This document shows positions 49,170 to 59,445 of a DNA stretch of 63,845 nt, one piece after another (the first letter of the stretch is position 1; the number at the start of each line of letters is the position of its first letter). A program made the translations under genes and the position numbers. A model generated the notes under the pieces. It made no database searches. It was not told where the DNA came from and worked only from the letters and a program-made list of their open reading frames with translations. This stretch comes from Actinomycetota bacterium (GTDB lineage Bacteria; Actinomycetota; Actinomycetes; Actinomycetales; Microbacteriaceae). The stretch is from positions 1 to 63,845 of the forward strand of contig JBDLUE010000001.1 in the NCBI GenBank assembly GCA_039805505.1, given 5' to 3'.

Positions 49170-49879
49170 CGGATCAGAATTGCCTGGCACTCTGGGCAGA
49201 TAGCAATTTCATCGCGAGGTAACGCCTGAACCTCGTTCAAGGCTGCCGCGCCGAGACTGATGTGACAGGCGCCGCAGTCTCGCCCGACTAGGCGCGCAAC
49301 GGGAATGCCTCGCGAAGCCTTCTTGTCGTATAGATCAATGAGTTCACCTGAGATACGAGCGGCCTGCTGAGCTCGGTCATTGCTCAATAGGTCTAGACCT
49401 GAGCGCAGCTTCATGATTTCTGCCTCGTTCCGGGCTTCCGCCGTGGCGAGTTCTTCGTCGACTGAAGACTTGTCGCTCGCAACAGTTGTGTAAGCGGCGC
49501 TGGCTTCCTCTTTTTGGTCAAGGATGGCTAGTTCAATGTCCTCTAGGTCAGACTTTCTACGATTCAGCGACTCCAACTCGCTCTGAATACCTTGAGCATC
49601 TTTTGCGTTATTGGTGCTGTTCAATCTTGAAAGGTCTTTAGCGATTCGCTGCTCGACGAGTTCGAGATCGGTTTCGGAGCGCTTGAGCTCTAGTTCGACC
49701 GTGTCCAATGCGTTGCGAGCATTGATCAACTTGGCGGCTAGATCGCGCTGTGTTTCACGCAGAACTGCGAACTGCGAGCCCGAAGAAAGGTTTTTGATAG
49801 CTGCCTTCGAGCGGGAAATTTCCTGGTCTAGATTCGCCAAACTGAGCAAATCTGCCTGCTGAGCCTCGGTTGCTTTCAT
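49166..49879 (-). CDS. Coiled-coil protein with C4 zinc ribbon (DUF164 type)
   Basis: Long heptad region followed by CGACH...CPECQAILIR; conserved Nif3-zinc ribbon-RNase H order. Confidence 0.88.
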   Translation of the reverse strand: MKATEAQQADLLSLANLDQEISRSKAAIKNLSSGSQFAVLRETQRDLAAKLINARNALDTVELELKRSETDLELVEQRIAKDLSRLNSTNNAKDAQGIQSELESLNRRKSDLEDIELAILDQKEEASAAYTTVASDKSSVDEELATAEARNEAEIMKLRSGLDLLSNDRAQQAARISGELIDLYDKKASRGIPVARLVGRDCGACHISLGAAALNEVQALPRDEIAICPECQAILIR

Positions 49880-49910
49880 ATGCTGCCTTCTTTAGTTAGT
49901 CGTTGCTGCG

Positions 49911-50729
49911 TTACTGCGTTACTGCGAAATCCCATGGGTCGGTGCGAAGTTCACTCACAACAACCTGAATAGAAGCAAATCTACCTTGGATGTCTGAAGC
50001 CGCCCATTCCAACCAGACCCACTCAGCAGCCCAATGCGAGATGTCGATGAGCGCGAACTGTCGCCCCTCGGCGATCGCCCGTTCGAGAATCTCCTGAGTC
50101 GGGTGGTGCCGCAAGTCAGAGGTGACGTATACATCAACGCCGCTGTCATACGCGATGTCGATAAATGAATCACCGGCACCGCCACAGAGAGCTACTTTGC
50201 GAATAGGAACGGAGAAGGAACCGGCAACCCTAACGCCGCTAGCGGTTGGCGGAAGAACGCGTGCAATAGCCTTGGCAAACTCTCCGAGAGTCGATTCCTC
50301 AGCCAAAGCTCCCACACGGCCGTGTCCCGTTTGAGGACCAGTCTCGACAAGAGGACGAATGTTCTCCAAGTCGAACGAGGATGCCAAGGCTGCAGATACG
50401 CCTCTGGGAACAATGTCCGCGTTGGTATGTGCAGCATAAATGGCGACATTTGCGCGAATGGCCTTGGACAAGATTGCCCCCTTCGCTGTCTCCTCAGACA
50501 GCGACCTAACGCCACGCAAAAGAACCGGGTGATGCGCGATGATCAGATCAAAGCCTCCGGCAATGGCCTCCTCAACGACTTCCTCAGTGACATCGACCGA
50601 CATCAAGATTCGTGAAACGCGCATCGCAGGCGAGCCACATACGAGACCTGGGGCATCCCAATCATCAGCGCCAGCAAGTGGCCAGAACTCATCTAGAACC
50701 GCTAGTAAGTCTCGAAGCACTGCGGCCAT
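49911..50729 (-). CDS. Nif3-like dinuclear metal centre hexameric protein
   Basis: WDAPGL, AHHP, HTNAD, GGAG, TSDLRHH and SHWAAE. Confidence 0.92.
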   Translation of the reverse strand: MAAVLRDLLAVLDEFWPLAGADDWDAPGLVCGSPAMRVSRILMSVDVTEEVVEEAIAGGFDLIIAHHPVLLRGVRSLSEETAKGAILSKAIRANVAIYAAHTNADIVPRGVSAALASSFDLENIRPLVETGPQTGHGRVGALAEESTLGEFAKAIARVLPPTASGVRVAGSFSVPIRKVALCGGAGDSFIDIAYDSGVDVYVTSDLRHHPTQEILERAIAEGRQFALIDISHWAAEWVWLEWAASDIQGRFASIQVVVSELRTDPWDFAVTQ

Positions 50730-52516
50730 TAGTCCACCAATCCCAACACGTCTCTCAGGTCATTTCTTCTGGCTTCGATAGCCAGCACTTCTTGCTCTTG
50801 TCGCTTTATGCGAGGGATACCTGCAGCTACGGGAAGCAACAAGCCGATCGCGAACGCTATGACGACGCCGAAGTTGCTCTGTGCCCAAAACTCGGCGTTA
50901 GTGGTCAAATCGGCCAAGTATCCAAGCCACTGGAACTCACGCAGATCGCTCTTTAGGAGCCCCCATCCAAGCGCGACAGCAAGTAGCCAACCCGCGGTGT
51001 TGGTTATGTTGACCGCTTTGTAGAAGCCGTAGCTGCGACTCAGGGAAACCTCGTGATACGCGATGCGTCGGATTAGCACGTCCGAAACGAAGATGCCTGA
51101 CCATGCCGCGACCGGAACAGCAAGGAAGAGGGCGTAACCCTGGAGATTGAACCAAAAACCGCTCGCACCAAGGTATGAAAGGCCGAGTACGGCCATTGCT
51201 ATCGCCACGATCGCGATCACAGGAGTGGCTATCGAGGCTTTGAACTTCAACTGAACCGACTCGAAACTCATGCTCGATGAACGAAGTGACATCGCGATGG
51301 TTGTGACCAAGGTGAAAATCAGCGAAATCTGGACGACTACCGCGAGAGTCGTAGATGAGGCCCCGGCTACTAATCCATTGAACGAGGATGCGAAATGGTT
51401 GTGAGTTCCAAAAGCCAATAGAGCTAATGTAGCCAGCGCTGCTGGAATAGCTCCCATAGACAACAGAGCCCAACCGGCAACCTTCCAACCCCTAACATTC
51501 ACCGGCAGCCCACTTGCGTAATCCGAAGATGCAGAAGACCAGGCGAGCCCAAAGATGGCAAAAATCACGACAGCTGCACCCAAAGCACGAAGCCATGATC
51601 CGGCCTGACCAACTTCCATCGCAATACCCGCGCCGCTAATCTTTGCAGTAGCGAGCACGATTGCTACCGCAATACCGAGCCCCCCGCTGACGCGCTGCGC
51701 CCAGATCAGGAACCTTCCGCCCAAAGATGACAACACGGATGACCCGAGGACGACAACCGCTAAAACTAGAACCGCGGCCCAAGACACAGGCCCGGAACCG
51801 CCAGACATTGATGATGTCGAGGTGAGATTTTGGGCAATAAGCAGGTAACCAAGAGTTACTAGCACGAGGGACCAAAACAGTCGAGAAATCACCAGAACTA
51901 GCGCTGGACCTAGGTTTCCGAAAACACCGAACGCGGCCCTTGAGAGCACCATGGTCGGCAACGAGGAACGCTTGCCCGCGATCGCACCAACAGCCACAAC
52001 ACCGGCCGAAGAGAAAATCCCGAGTAGCACCGCGGTCAGGGATTGCTCGAAAGTTAGACCGAGGCTTCGAAGCCAAAGGGCCATGCCGAAAGGCAACAAC
52101 GAGCCCGAAATAGGCAGCCACACCCAGAACTGGCTTGACGAAGGATCCTTAGCTAGGCGTTTCGTATGAACTACAACCTCAATTGGCGTGGCAACAATCG
52201 GTTCGATTGCAATCTCGATAAAGGGAACAGCTTCGTCCTGAGATTCAAATGCGGCTGGTTCAACAGACACCACGACAGGAGTAAGTTCCTCGTCTAGAGA
52301 AGTTGCGATCTCCTCTTCAGAGCCCATGTCTGCTTGTTGGGACTGCCAAGCACGCAGTTCAGATTTGTCTGTTTCGCGAAGTTGGGCCTGGGCCTCGAGA
52401 ATCTGCATGGCGGCGAGTACGCCGCCACCTTCTGCCTTGGCTCGATCAAGGACTTCCTGCAGTTCTGCGTCGCTCAACGCTCTCGGAGTTGGCGGCAAAT
52501 GCTGTTCGGAAACCAT
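50729..52516 (-). CDS. Purine-cytosine permease family (NCS1-like) transporter with acidic N-terminal extension
   Basis: About 12 TM segments; AGKRSSLPTMVLSRAAFG..GN, DYA and VPVAAWSGIF. Confidence 0.75.
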   Translation of the reverse strand: MVSEQHLPPTPRALSDAELQEVLDRAKAEGGGVLAAMQILEAQAQLRETDKSELRAWQSQQADMGSEEEIATSLDEELTPVVVSVEPAAFESQDEAVPFIEIAIEPIVATPIEVVVHTKRLAKDPSSSQFWVWLPISGSLLPFGMALWLRSLGLTFEQSLTAVLLGIFSSAGVVAVGAIAGKRSSLPTMVLSRAAFGVFGNLGPALVLVISRLFWSLVLVTLGYLLIAQNLTSTSSMSGGSGPVSWAAVLVLAVVVLGSSVLSSLGGRFLIWAQRVSGGLGIAVAIVLATAKISGAGIAMEVGQAGSWLRALGAAVVIFAIFGLAWSSASSDYASGLPVNVRGWKVAGWALLSMGAIPAALATLALLAFGTHNHFASSFNGLVAGASSTTLAVVVQISLIFTLVTTIAMSLRSSSMSFESVQLKFKASIATPVIAIVAIAMAVLGLSYLGASGFWFNLQGYALFLAVPVAAWSGIFVSDVLIRRIAYHEVSLSRSYGFYKAVNITNTAGWLLAVALGWGLLKSDLREFQWLGYLADLTTNAEFWAQSNFGVVIAFAIGLLLPVAAGIPRIKRQEQEVLAIEARRNDLRDVLGLVD

Positions 52517-52527
52517 ACCTAAATAGT

Positions 52528-52557
52528 AATGCCGGGGTGCTTACGCACCCCGGCATT
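52528..52557 (-). terminator. Hairpin terminator downstream of tRNA-Val(TAC)
   Basis: AATGCCGGGGTGC-TTAC-GCACCCCGGCATT 13-bp perfect stem. Confidence 0.75.
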
Positions 52558-52566
52558 TACCGTTTG

Positions 52567-52639
52567 TGGGCCCTACCGGGATCGAACCGATGACATCCAC
52601 GGTGTAAGCGTGGCGCTCTACCAGCTGAGCTAAAGGCCC
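52567..52639 (-). tRNA. tRNA-Val(TAC)
   Basis: Reverse complement GGGCCTTTAGCTCAGCTGGTAGAGCGCCACGCT-TAC-ACCGTGGATGTCATCGGTTCGATCCCGGTAGGGCCCA. Confidence 0.96.
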
Positions 52640-52709
52640 CTCTTTCGAGGGCTGCGGCGAACCGCAACCAGAAAAGACTACAACATTCTGAAGTCTTTTG
52701 GCGAATCGG

Positions 52710-53168
52710 CTAGAGGCTAGCCAATGCGCGGTCGTATTCGTCCAAGCTGCGAGCCTGGCCCGGTGCGGTAACGAACTTGGCAACCAATTCACCATCGGTG
52801 TTGATCACGAAGGTGGCACGGTTAGAGATGCCTGCCTCCTCCAAGAAGACGCCGTAGGCCTGGGCAACAGCCCCGTGTGGCCAGAAGTCAGCTAGAACCG
52901 AGAACTTATAACCCTCGTGCTCAGCGAACTGCTTCTGAACGTACTTCGAGTCCACCGAAATCGCGAGAAGTTCGACATTCTCGTTCTCAAACTTCGCGAA
53001 GTTGTCGCGAATCTCGCAGAGTTCACCGGTGCAGATGCCAGAGAAAGACAGAGGGTAGAAAACGAGGACTACCGGCTTCTTTCCGCGAAAGTCGCTGAGC
53101 TTTACCGATTCGCCATACTGGTTGGTCAGTTCGAAGTCTGGAGCGTGGTCGCCGATGATCAAAGTCAT
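52710..53168 (-). CDS. Peroxiredoxin (AhpE-like, AhpC/TSA family)
   Basis: APDFEL, FYPLSFSGICTGELC, LADFWPHG and RATFVI; usual position divergent from aceE. Confidence 0.9.
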   Translation of the reverse strand: MTLIIGDHAPDFELTNQYGESVKLSDFRGKKPVVLVFYPLSFSGICTGELCEIRDNFAKFENENVELLAISVDSKYVQKQFAEHEGYKFSVLADFWPHGAVAQAYGVFLEEAGISNRATFVINTDGELVAKFVTAPGQARSLDEYDRALASL

Positions 53169-53320
53169 GATTTGGTCCGTTCTACAAAAATTGGCTTGAG
53201 TCTTTTCAACTCTGAACTAGCAAAACACACAAATGCTTCCCCGTGTCGGCATAAACTCTTATGAGGCTTTACCAAAGCTTTTCGTTAATCTTTGTCCATC
53301 CCCCACGAAAGAGGATGTCG

Positions 53321-56047
53321 GTGTCCATTAACAACCAGGATGCATTTGCGGTCAACACCCCTGACCAAGACCCACAGGAAACTAGCGAGTGGCTTGAGTC
53401 ACTAGACGCTATTGCCCGTGTCCACGGCCGAGGCCGCGCACGCGAGATCATGTTGAACCTGTTGCGTCGCTCTCACGAACTTCAGTTGAACGTGCCGATG
53501 GTTCCTACCACCGACTACATCAACACCATCGCGCCCGAAAATGAGGCCGAGTTCCCTGGTGACGAAAAGGTAGAGCGCACCTATCGCGCATGGATGCGTT
53601 GGAACGCTGCAATGCTGGTTCACCGCGCACAGCGCCCGGGCATCGGTGTCGGCGGACACATCTCAACCTTTGCTTCGTCTGCATCGCTCTACGAAGTTGG
53701 CTTCAACCACTTCTTCAAGGGTCAGAACCACCCATCGGGCGGCGACCAGATCTTCATTCAGGGGCACGCCTCGCCTGGCCCATACGCTCGTGCCTTCCTG
53801 GAAGGTCGCTTGAGCGAACAGCAACTCGACGGATTCCGTCAAGAAAAGTCCCACGCCGGCGGAGGTTTGTCTTCTTACCCTCACCCGCGCCTAATGCCAG
53901 ACTTTTGGCAGTTCCCGACCGTATCGATGGGTATCGGCCCGATCAACGCCATTTACCAGGCGCAGTTCAACCGTTATCTTGCTGGCCGCGGCTTCAAGGA
54001 CACCGCTGAGCAGCACGTCTGGGCCTACCTCGGCGATGGCGAGCTCGACGAAGTCGAATCACGCGGCGCACTGCAGCTTGCCGCCAACGACAAGCTCGAC
54101 AACCTTACTTTCGTCGTCAACTGCAACCTTCAGCGCCTCGACGGTCCGGTTCGCGGAAACGGCAAAATCATCCAGGAACTGGAAAGCTTCTTCCGCGGTG
54201 CCGGCTGGAACGTCATCAAGGTAGTTTGGGGTCGCGAGTGGGACACTCTTCTCAAGAACGACGTTGACGGCGCACTTGTTGAACTAATGAACTCGACGCC
54301 TGATGGCGACTATCAGACCTACAAGACCGAGGATGGCGCGTTTGTGCGCGAGAACTTCTTCGGACGTGACCCACGCACCGCAAAGCTTGTCGAGCACCTC
54401 ACCGACGACGAGATTTGGGGCCTAAAGCGCGGAGGCCACGACTACAAGAAGGTCTACGCGGCCTACAAGGCGGCCATGGAGCACAAGGGCCAGCCGACCG
54501 TTATCCTAGCGAAGACCATCAAGGGCTTCACACTGGGCAAGTCATTCGAGGGTCGCAACGCAACGCACCAGATGAAGAAGATGACTCTGGACAACCTAAA
54601 GGGATTCCGCGACGAGCTACACATCCCGATCACGGATGCGCAGCTTGAGGAAAACCCTTATCAGCCGCCTTACTTCCACCCAGGGCAAGACGCTCCAGAA
54701 ATTCAGTACATGCACGAGCGTCGTCGTGAACTTGGTGGTTACCTGCCTGAGCGACGCAGCAAGTACGTTGACTTCAAGCTTCCAGAAGAGAGCACCTACA
54801 AGGTTGCCAAGGGTGGATCGGGAACCCAGGAAGTTGCCACCACGATGGCATTCGTTCGACTTCTGAAGGACCTATTCAAGTCGCCGGAGTTCGGTGAGCG
54901 CATCGTGCCAATCATCCCGGATGAAGCCCGCACCTTCGGAATGGACGCATTCTTCCCAACCGCGAAGATCTACAACCCTGCCGGCCAGCACTACATCTCT
55001 GTAGACCGTGAGCTTCTGCTCAACTACAAGGAGAGCGCCTCTGGCCAGATCTTGCACACCGGAATCAATGAGGCCGGTTCGGTCGCAGGTTTCACTGCGG
55101 TTGCAACGAGCTACGCGACGCAGGGTCAGGCAATGATCCCGTTCTACGTGTTCTACTCGATGTTCGGATTCCAGCGCACCGCAGACTCAATCTGGGCGGC
55201 CACCGACCAGTTGTCTCGTGGCTTTATGATCGGCGCAACTGCTGGTCGAACCACCCTCACCGGTGAGGGTCTCCAGCACGCTGACGGACACTCTCCACTG
55301 TTAGCTTCGACCAACACCGGCGTGATTGCTTATGACCCTGCCTACGGATACGAAATCGGCCACATCATCCGTGGTGGAATCGAGCGCATGTATGGCGGAA
55401 ACCACCCAGACCCTAACGTTATTTACTACGTGACTGTCTACAACGAGCCTTACGTTCAGCCAGCTGAGCCTGAGAACGTTGACGTTGACGGAATCCTTCG
55501 CGGTATTCACAAGGTAAGCACTAACGATGCTGCAGGCCGCAAGGCGCAAATCTTAGCTTCGGGTGTTGCTGTTCCTTGGGCTTACGAAGCACAGAAGCTG
55601 CTGCAAGAAGACTGGGGTGTGTCTGCTGACATTTGGTCGGTCACCTCATGGACCGAGCTTCGTCGCGATGGACTAGCCCGCGATGAGCGTGCGTTCCTTT
55701 ACCCGAATGAACAGGTCGAACCGGCGTACATCACCAGCAAGTTGCAGGGTGCAGAAGGTCCATTCCTAGCGGTCAGCGATTACATGCACGCCGTCCAGGA
55801 TCAGATTCGCCCTTGGGTCCCAGGTGACTTCGCGACGCTTGGTGCCGACGGCTTTGGTTTCTCAGACACTCGCGCAGCTGCTCGCCGATTCTTCAAGATC
55901 GACGGTCCATCGATTGTTGTCCGTGTTCTCGAGCAGCTCGTTGCTCGCGGCGAAATGGATGCCTCTGTGCCACAGATGGCGATCGATCGCTACCAGTTGC
56001 ACGACGTAACCGCTGGCACCTCTGGAAACGCTGGTGGCGAAAGCTAA
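53321..56047 (+). CDS. aceE: Pyruvate dehydrogenase E1, homodimeric type
   Basis: [39 protein letters not shown]...[10 protein letters not shown] and GEGLQH. Start most likely GTG 53321 (SD AAAGAGG); ATG 53315 is the alternative. Confidence 0.96.
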   Translation: MSINNQDAFAVNTPDQDPQETSEWLESLDAIARVHGRGRAREIMLNLLRRSHELQLNVPMVPTTDYINTIAPENEAEFPGDEKVERTYRAWMRWNAAMLVHRAQRPGIGVGGHISTFASSASLYEVGFNHFFKGQNHPSGGDQIFIQGHASPGPYARAFLEGRLSEQQLDGFRQEKSHAGGGLSSYPHPRLMPDFWQFPTVSMGIGPINAIYQAQFNRYLAGRGFKDTAEQHVWAYLGDGELDEVESRGALQLAANDKLDNLTFVVNCNLQRLDGPVRGNGKIIQELESFFRGAGWNVIKVVWGREWDTLLKNDVDGALVELMNSTPDGDYQTYKTEDGAFVRENFFGRDPRTAKLVEHLTDDEIWGLKRGGHDYKKVYAAYKAAMEHKGQPTVILAKTIKGFTLGKSFEGRNATHQMKKMTLDNLKGFRDELHIPITDAQLEENPYQPPYFHPGQDAPEIQYMHERRRELGGYLPERRSKYVDFKLPEESTYKVAKGGSGTQEVATTMAFVRLLKDLFKSPEFGERIVPIIPDEARTFGMDAFFPTAKIYNPAGQHYISVDRELLLNYKESASGQILHTGINEAGSVAGFTAVATSYATQGQAMIPFYVFYSMFGFQRTADSIWAATDQLSRGFMIGATAGRTTLTGEGLQHADGHSPLLASTNTGVIAYDPAYGYEIGHIIRGGIERMYGGNHPDPNVIYYVTVYNEPYVQPAEPENVDVDGILRGIHKVSTNDAAGRKAQILASGVAVPWAYEAQKLLQEDWGVSADIWSVTSWTELRRDGLARDERAFLYPNEQVEPAYITSKLQGAEGPFLAVSDYMHAVQDQIRPWVPGDFATLGADGFGFSDTRAAARRFFKIDGPSIVVRVLEQLVARGEMDASVPQMAIDRYQLHDVTAGTSGNAGGES

Positions 56048-57203
56048 GCAGGCCACCCTCGATTGGCTGAAATCGATATCGGGTGAGTTAGCAACAACCA
56101 CGCTTAACCGCTTGGATGACCTACTCCCCTGGTATCGAGATATGCCTGCCTCGCGACGTGCATCGGTTGGGCTAGTTGCTCAGGCTGGTATTTCTTCATT
56201 TGTCGCCTGGTACAAGGACCCAAACTCACAGCCCTGGGTTGCCGCCGACGTATTCAGCACTGCGCCACGTGAGTTGCTTCGCTCTATTTCGCTCCAGGAA
56301 ACTCTCCAGCTAATTCGAGTAGTCGTCCAAGTCGTTGAAGATCGCGTCGTCGAGCACGACGAGACTCTCAGAGAAGCCGTTTTACTGTATTCGAGGGAGA
56401 TAGCTTTCTCTGCCGCCGACGTCTACGCAAAGGCTGCAGAAGCCAGAGGACTCTGGGATGCCAGGCTCGAAGCACTCGTTGTTGACTCGATTTTGAGTGG
56501 TGAGAACGAAGAGGAACTCTCCTCTCGTGTTGCCGCTCTAGGCTGGCGTGCTCGAGGCTCGGTAGCCGTTCTCATTGGAGACACCACGGGGACTGTGGAC
56601 GTTGAGGCGATCCGCCGACTCGTGAGAAGGAATGACGCCGACATCCTCGTTGGGATTCACGGAAGTCGACTAATTGCCGTGCTCGGTCGAGTTGGCGGCG
56701 CCGGAGCTGAACACAGCAACGGATTCATGAAGTTAGCGACCGACTTGGAACCACTATTTGGCTCCGGCGCTATCGTTCTTGGCCCAGAAGTCGACGACGT
56801 CTCAAAGGCTCACATCTCTTCCAAGGCAGCGCTAGCTGGGTTTGCAGTCGTTCGCGCTTGGCCTAAGGCGCCTCGGCCAATAGCAGCAGACGATTTGCTG
56901 GCCGAAAGAGCTTTAGCCGGTGACATGCTTGCCAAATCGACTCTCATTCAACGTATTTATCGACCACTCGCCGATCAGTCATCCGAGCTTCTTGAGACTC
57001 TAGGCACCTACCTCGACACCGGTAGATCACTTGAGAGCACTGCTCGAGAATTATTTGTGCATGCGAACACCGTTCGCTACCGCCTGAAGAGGATCAGTGA
57101 AATTATCGGCTGGGATGCCACCGGTGCCCGCGAGGCGTTCATTCTTCAGGTAGCGATGGTTCTAGGCTCTATGAGTGAAACAGAATCACGGAAGCGAAGG
57201 TAG
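56034..57203 (+). CDS. PucR-family transcriptional regulator of fatty-acid synthesis (FasR/MabR-like)
   Basis: [29 protein letters not shown] and C-terminal [15 protein letters not shown]; located between aceE and fabD. Confidence 0.88.
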   Translation: MAKAKQATLDWLKSISGELATTTLNRLDDLLPWYRDMPASRRASVGLVAQAGISSFVAWYKDPNSQPWVAADVFSTAPRELLRSISLQETLQLIRVVVQVVEDRVVEHDETLREAVLLYSREIAFSAADVYAKAAEARGLWDARLEALVVDSILSGENEEELSSRVAALGWRARGSVAVLIGDTTGTVDVEAIRRLVRRNDADILVGIHGSRLIAVLGRVGGAGAEHSNGFMKLATDLEPLFGSGAIVLGPEVDDVSKAHISSKAALAGFAVVRAWPKAPRPIAADDLLAERALAGDMLAKSTLIQRIYRPLADQSSELLETLGTYLDTGRSLESTARELFVHANTVRYRLKRISEIIGWDATGAREAFILQVAMVLGSMSETESRKRR

Positions 57204-57209
57204 TTCTCA

Positions 57210-58136
57210 ATGATCGTTGTTGTATGTCCCGGTCAAGGTTCACAGACGCCAGGTTTCATGGCTCCTTGGCTAGAGTTGCCGTCGTTTAGGGCGTCCATAG
57301 AGTCAATGCAAGCAGCCTCAGGCATAGACCTCGTCGCCCACGGCACAGTTAGTGACGCAGACACCATTCGAGACACTTCGGTCGCTCAACCTTTAATCGT
57401 CTCAGCTGGTGTGGCGACGCTCGCCGCCCTGTTTGATCTTGGCGGATCTGTGTCAGAAAAGGTCGCAGGAGTCGCAGGACACTCAGTGGGCGAAATCACT
57501 GCGGCTGTGGCGAGCGGGATTTTTACCGCCGAACAGGGAATTAGGTTTGTCAAAGAGCGCGGCGACGCGATGGCTCTCGCGGCCGCGCTTGAACCAACAT
57601 CCATGGCTGCCATTCTTGGTGGCGATCAGGCAATCGTAGAAGCCCGCCTGAACGAGCTAGGACTGGAACCGGCTAACTACAACGGTGCTGGTCAGATTGT
57701 TGCTGCCGGATCTACCGCAGGGATCTCGGAGCTACAGGCTGCAGGGCCCGAGGGGTCCAGAGTCATCCCGCTGCAGGTCGCTGGCGCTTTCCACACGAGA
57801 TACATGGCTCCTGCGGTTTCAACGCTCGCAGCCTACGCTGCAGGGCTTACGGTTGCCGACCCGATGACGAGTCTTTGGTCTAATGCTGGTGGTCGAAAAA
57901 TCGGCTCAGGTCCGAACTTCGTCGAATTGATGGTCAATCAGGTGAAGAGCCCGGTTCGCTGGGACCTTTGCATGGCTGCAATGGCCGATGCGGGCGTAAC
58001 AGCATTGATCGAAGTTGCCCCAGCCGGAACTCTCGTAGGTCTTGCAAAGCGCTCCATGCCGGGTGTTGAAACGCTGGCAATCAAGTCACCAGAAAACCTA
58101 GATGCAGCGCTTGCGCTGATCTCAAACCACGCATAG
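57210..58136 (+). CDS. fabD: Malonyl-CoA:ACP transacylase
   Basis: PGQGSQ, GHSVGE, VAGAFHT and PVRW. Confidence 0.95.
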   Translation: MIVVVCPGQGSQTPGFMAPWLELPSFRASIESMQAASGIDLVAHGTVSDADTIRDTSVAQPLIVSAGVATLAALFDLGGSVSEKVAGVAGHSVGEITAAVASGIFTAEQGIRFVKERGDAMALAAALEPTSMAAILGGDQAIVEARLNELGLEPANYNGAGQIVAAGSTAGISELQAAGPEGSRVIPLQVAGAFHTRYMAPAVSTLAAYAAGLTVADPMTSLWSNAGGRKIGSGPNFVELMVNQVKSPVRWDLCMAAMADAGVTALIEVAPAGTLVGLAKRSMPGVETLAIKSPENLDAALALISNHA

Positions 58137-58147
58137 TTAGAGCAACC

Positions 58148-59152
58148 ATGACACAGCCAACTTTGAAGCAATACTCCCCTGTCAAGTTCTCGCGAATTTA
58201 TTCGCTGGGAGCGGCACGAGGCGACCTCACTGTGACCAACGATGACATTGCTGGACCAATTGATTCTTCGGATGAGTGGATTCGCCAGCGCACCGGCATC
58301 GTGACTCGTCGCCGCGCATCCGCCGACCGGAGCCTCATGGACATGGCTGTTGAAGCGTCACTTGAGGCGATAAAGGGTGCTGGCATTGAAGCGAGCGAAA
58401 TCGGCGCCGTGCTGTTCAGCACCATCACTCACCCGCACCAAACCCCTTCGGCCGCAGCTCTTTTGGCCGACAAAATTGGTGCGAACCCTGCACCAGCATT
58501 CGATATTTCAGCCGCCTGCGCTGGTTACTGCTACGGAATCGCCCAGGCCGATGCACTCGTGCGATCGGGCATGGCCAAGTATGTCCTGGTAATTGGCGGA
58601 GAAAAACTGTCTGACTTCATTGACCCAACCGACCGCACCATTTCGTTCCTTCTGGGCGACGGAGCTGGAGCGGCAATCGTTGGCCCATCCGAGACCCCTG
58701 GAATCAGCCCGACTGTCTGGGGTTCGGATGGTTCACACTGGGATGCCGTGGGTATGACCGCATCACTTCTCGAACTGCGCGATGGCACGGCCACCTGGCC
58801 AACCCTTCGCCAGGAAGGCCTCACTGTTTTCAAGTGGGCTGTTTGGGAAATGGTCAAGGTTGCCAAGCAAGCACTGGAGGCTGCCGGCGTCACCGCGGAC
58901 GATCTGTCTGCCATTGTCACTCACCAGGCAAACATCCGAATCATCGACGAACTGGCTAAGCAACTCGCAGTGCCAGAACACGTGGTTGTGGCTAGAGACA
59001 TAATCGTCACAGGCAATACCTCTGCAGCAAGTATCCCGTTGGCTATGCACCAACTTTTGAAGGACGGAACCGTGAAATCTGGCGGTTTGGCCCTCGAAAT
59101 TGGGTTCGGCGCAGGCCTCGCCTTCGGGGCTCAAGTAGTAGTCCTGCCCTAA
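58148..59152 (+). CDS. fabH: Beta-ketoacyl-ACP synthase III
   Basis: DEWIRQRTGI, AACAG, HQAN, GNTSAAS and GFGAGL. Confidence 0.95.
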   Translation: MTQPTLKQYSPVKFSRIYSLGAARGDLTVTNDDIAGPIDSSDEWIRQRTGIVTRRRASADRSLMDMAVEASLEAIKGAGIEASEIGAVLFSTITHPHQTPSAAALLADKIGANPAPAFDISAACAGYCYGIAQADALVRSGMAKYVLVIGGEKLSDFIDPTDRTISFLLGDGAGAAIVGPSETPGISPTVWGSDGSHWDAVGMTASLLELRDGTATWPTLRQEGLTVFKWAVWEMVKVAKQALEAAGVTADDLSAIVTHQANIRIIDELAKQLAVPEHVVVARDIIVTGNTSAASIPLAMHQLLKDGTVKSGGLALEIGFGAGLAFGAQVVVLP

Positions 59153-59191
59153 ACTTATAAGTGGTCAAATAACCAATAAAGGAGATAAAAC

Positions 59192-59440
59192 ATGGCACTT
59201 TCGCAGAGCGAAGTACTAGCAGGTCTTGCTGAGATCGTAAACGAAGAGACCGGCATCGCAACCGAGGCTGTTCAGCTAGACAAGTCATTCACCGACGACC
59301 TCGACATTGACTCAATCTCAATGATGACCATCGTTGTAAACGCAGAAGACAAGTTCGGCGTCAAGATTCCTGATGATGAAGTGAAGAACCTAATCACCGT
59401 TGGTGACGCAGTCAACTTCATCACCGCAGCTCAGGGTTAA
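59192..59440 (+). CDS. acpP: Acyl carrier protein
   Basis: DLDIDSISM phosphopantetheine site; SD AAGGAG. Confidence 0.95.
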   Translation: MALSQSEVLAGLAEIVNEETGIATEAVQLDKSFTDDLDIDSISMMTIVVNAEDKFGVKIPDDEVKNLITVGDAVNFITAAQG

Positions 59441-59445
59441 TAACT

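Noticed and set aside
52541-52895. ORFs 52541..52795 and 52698..52895
   Set aside because: They overlap tRNA-Val(TAC), its promoter region and the peroxiredoxin gene; no coding evidence.
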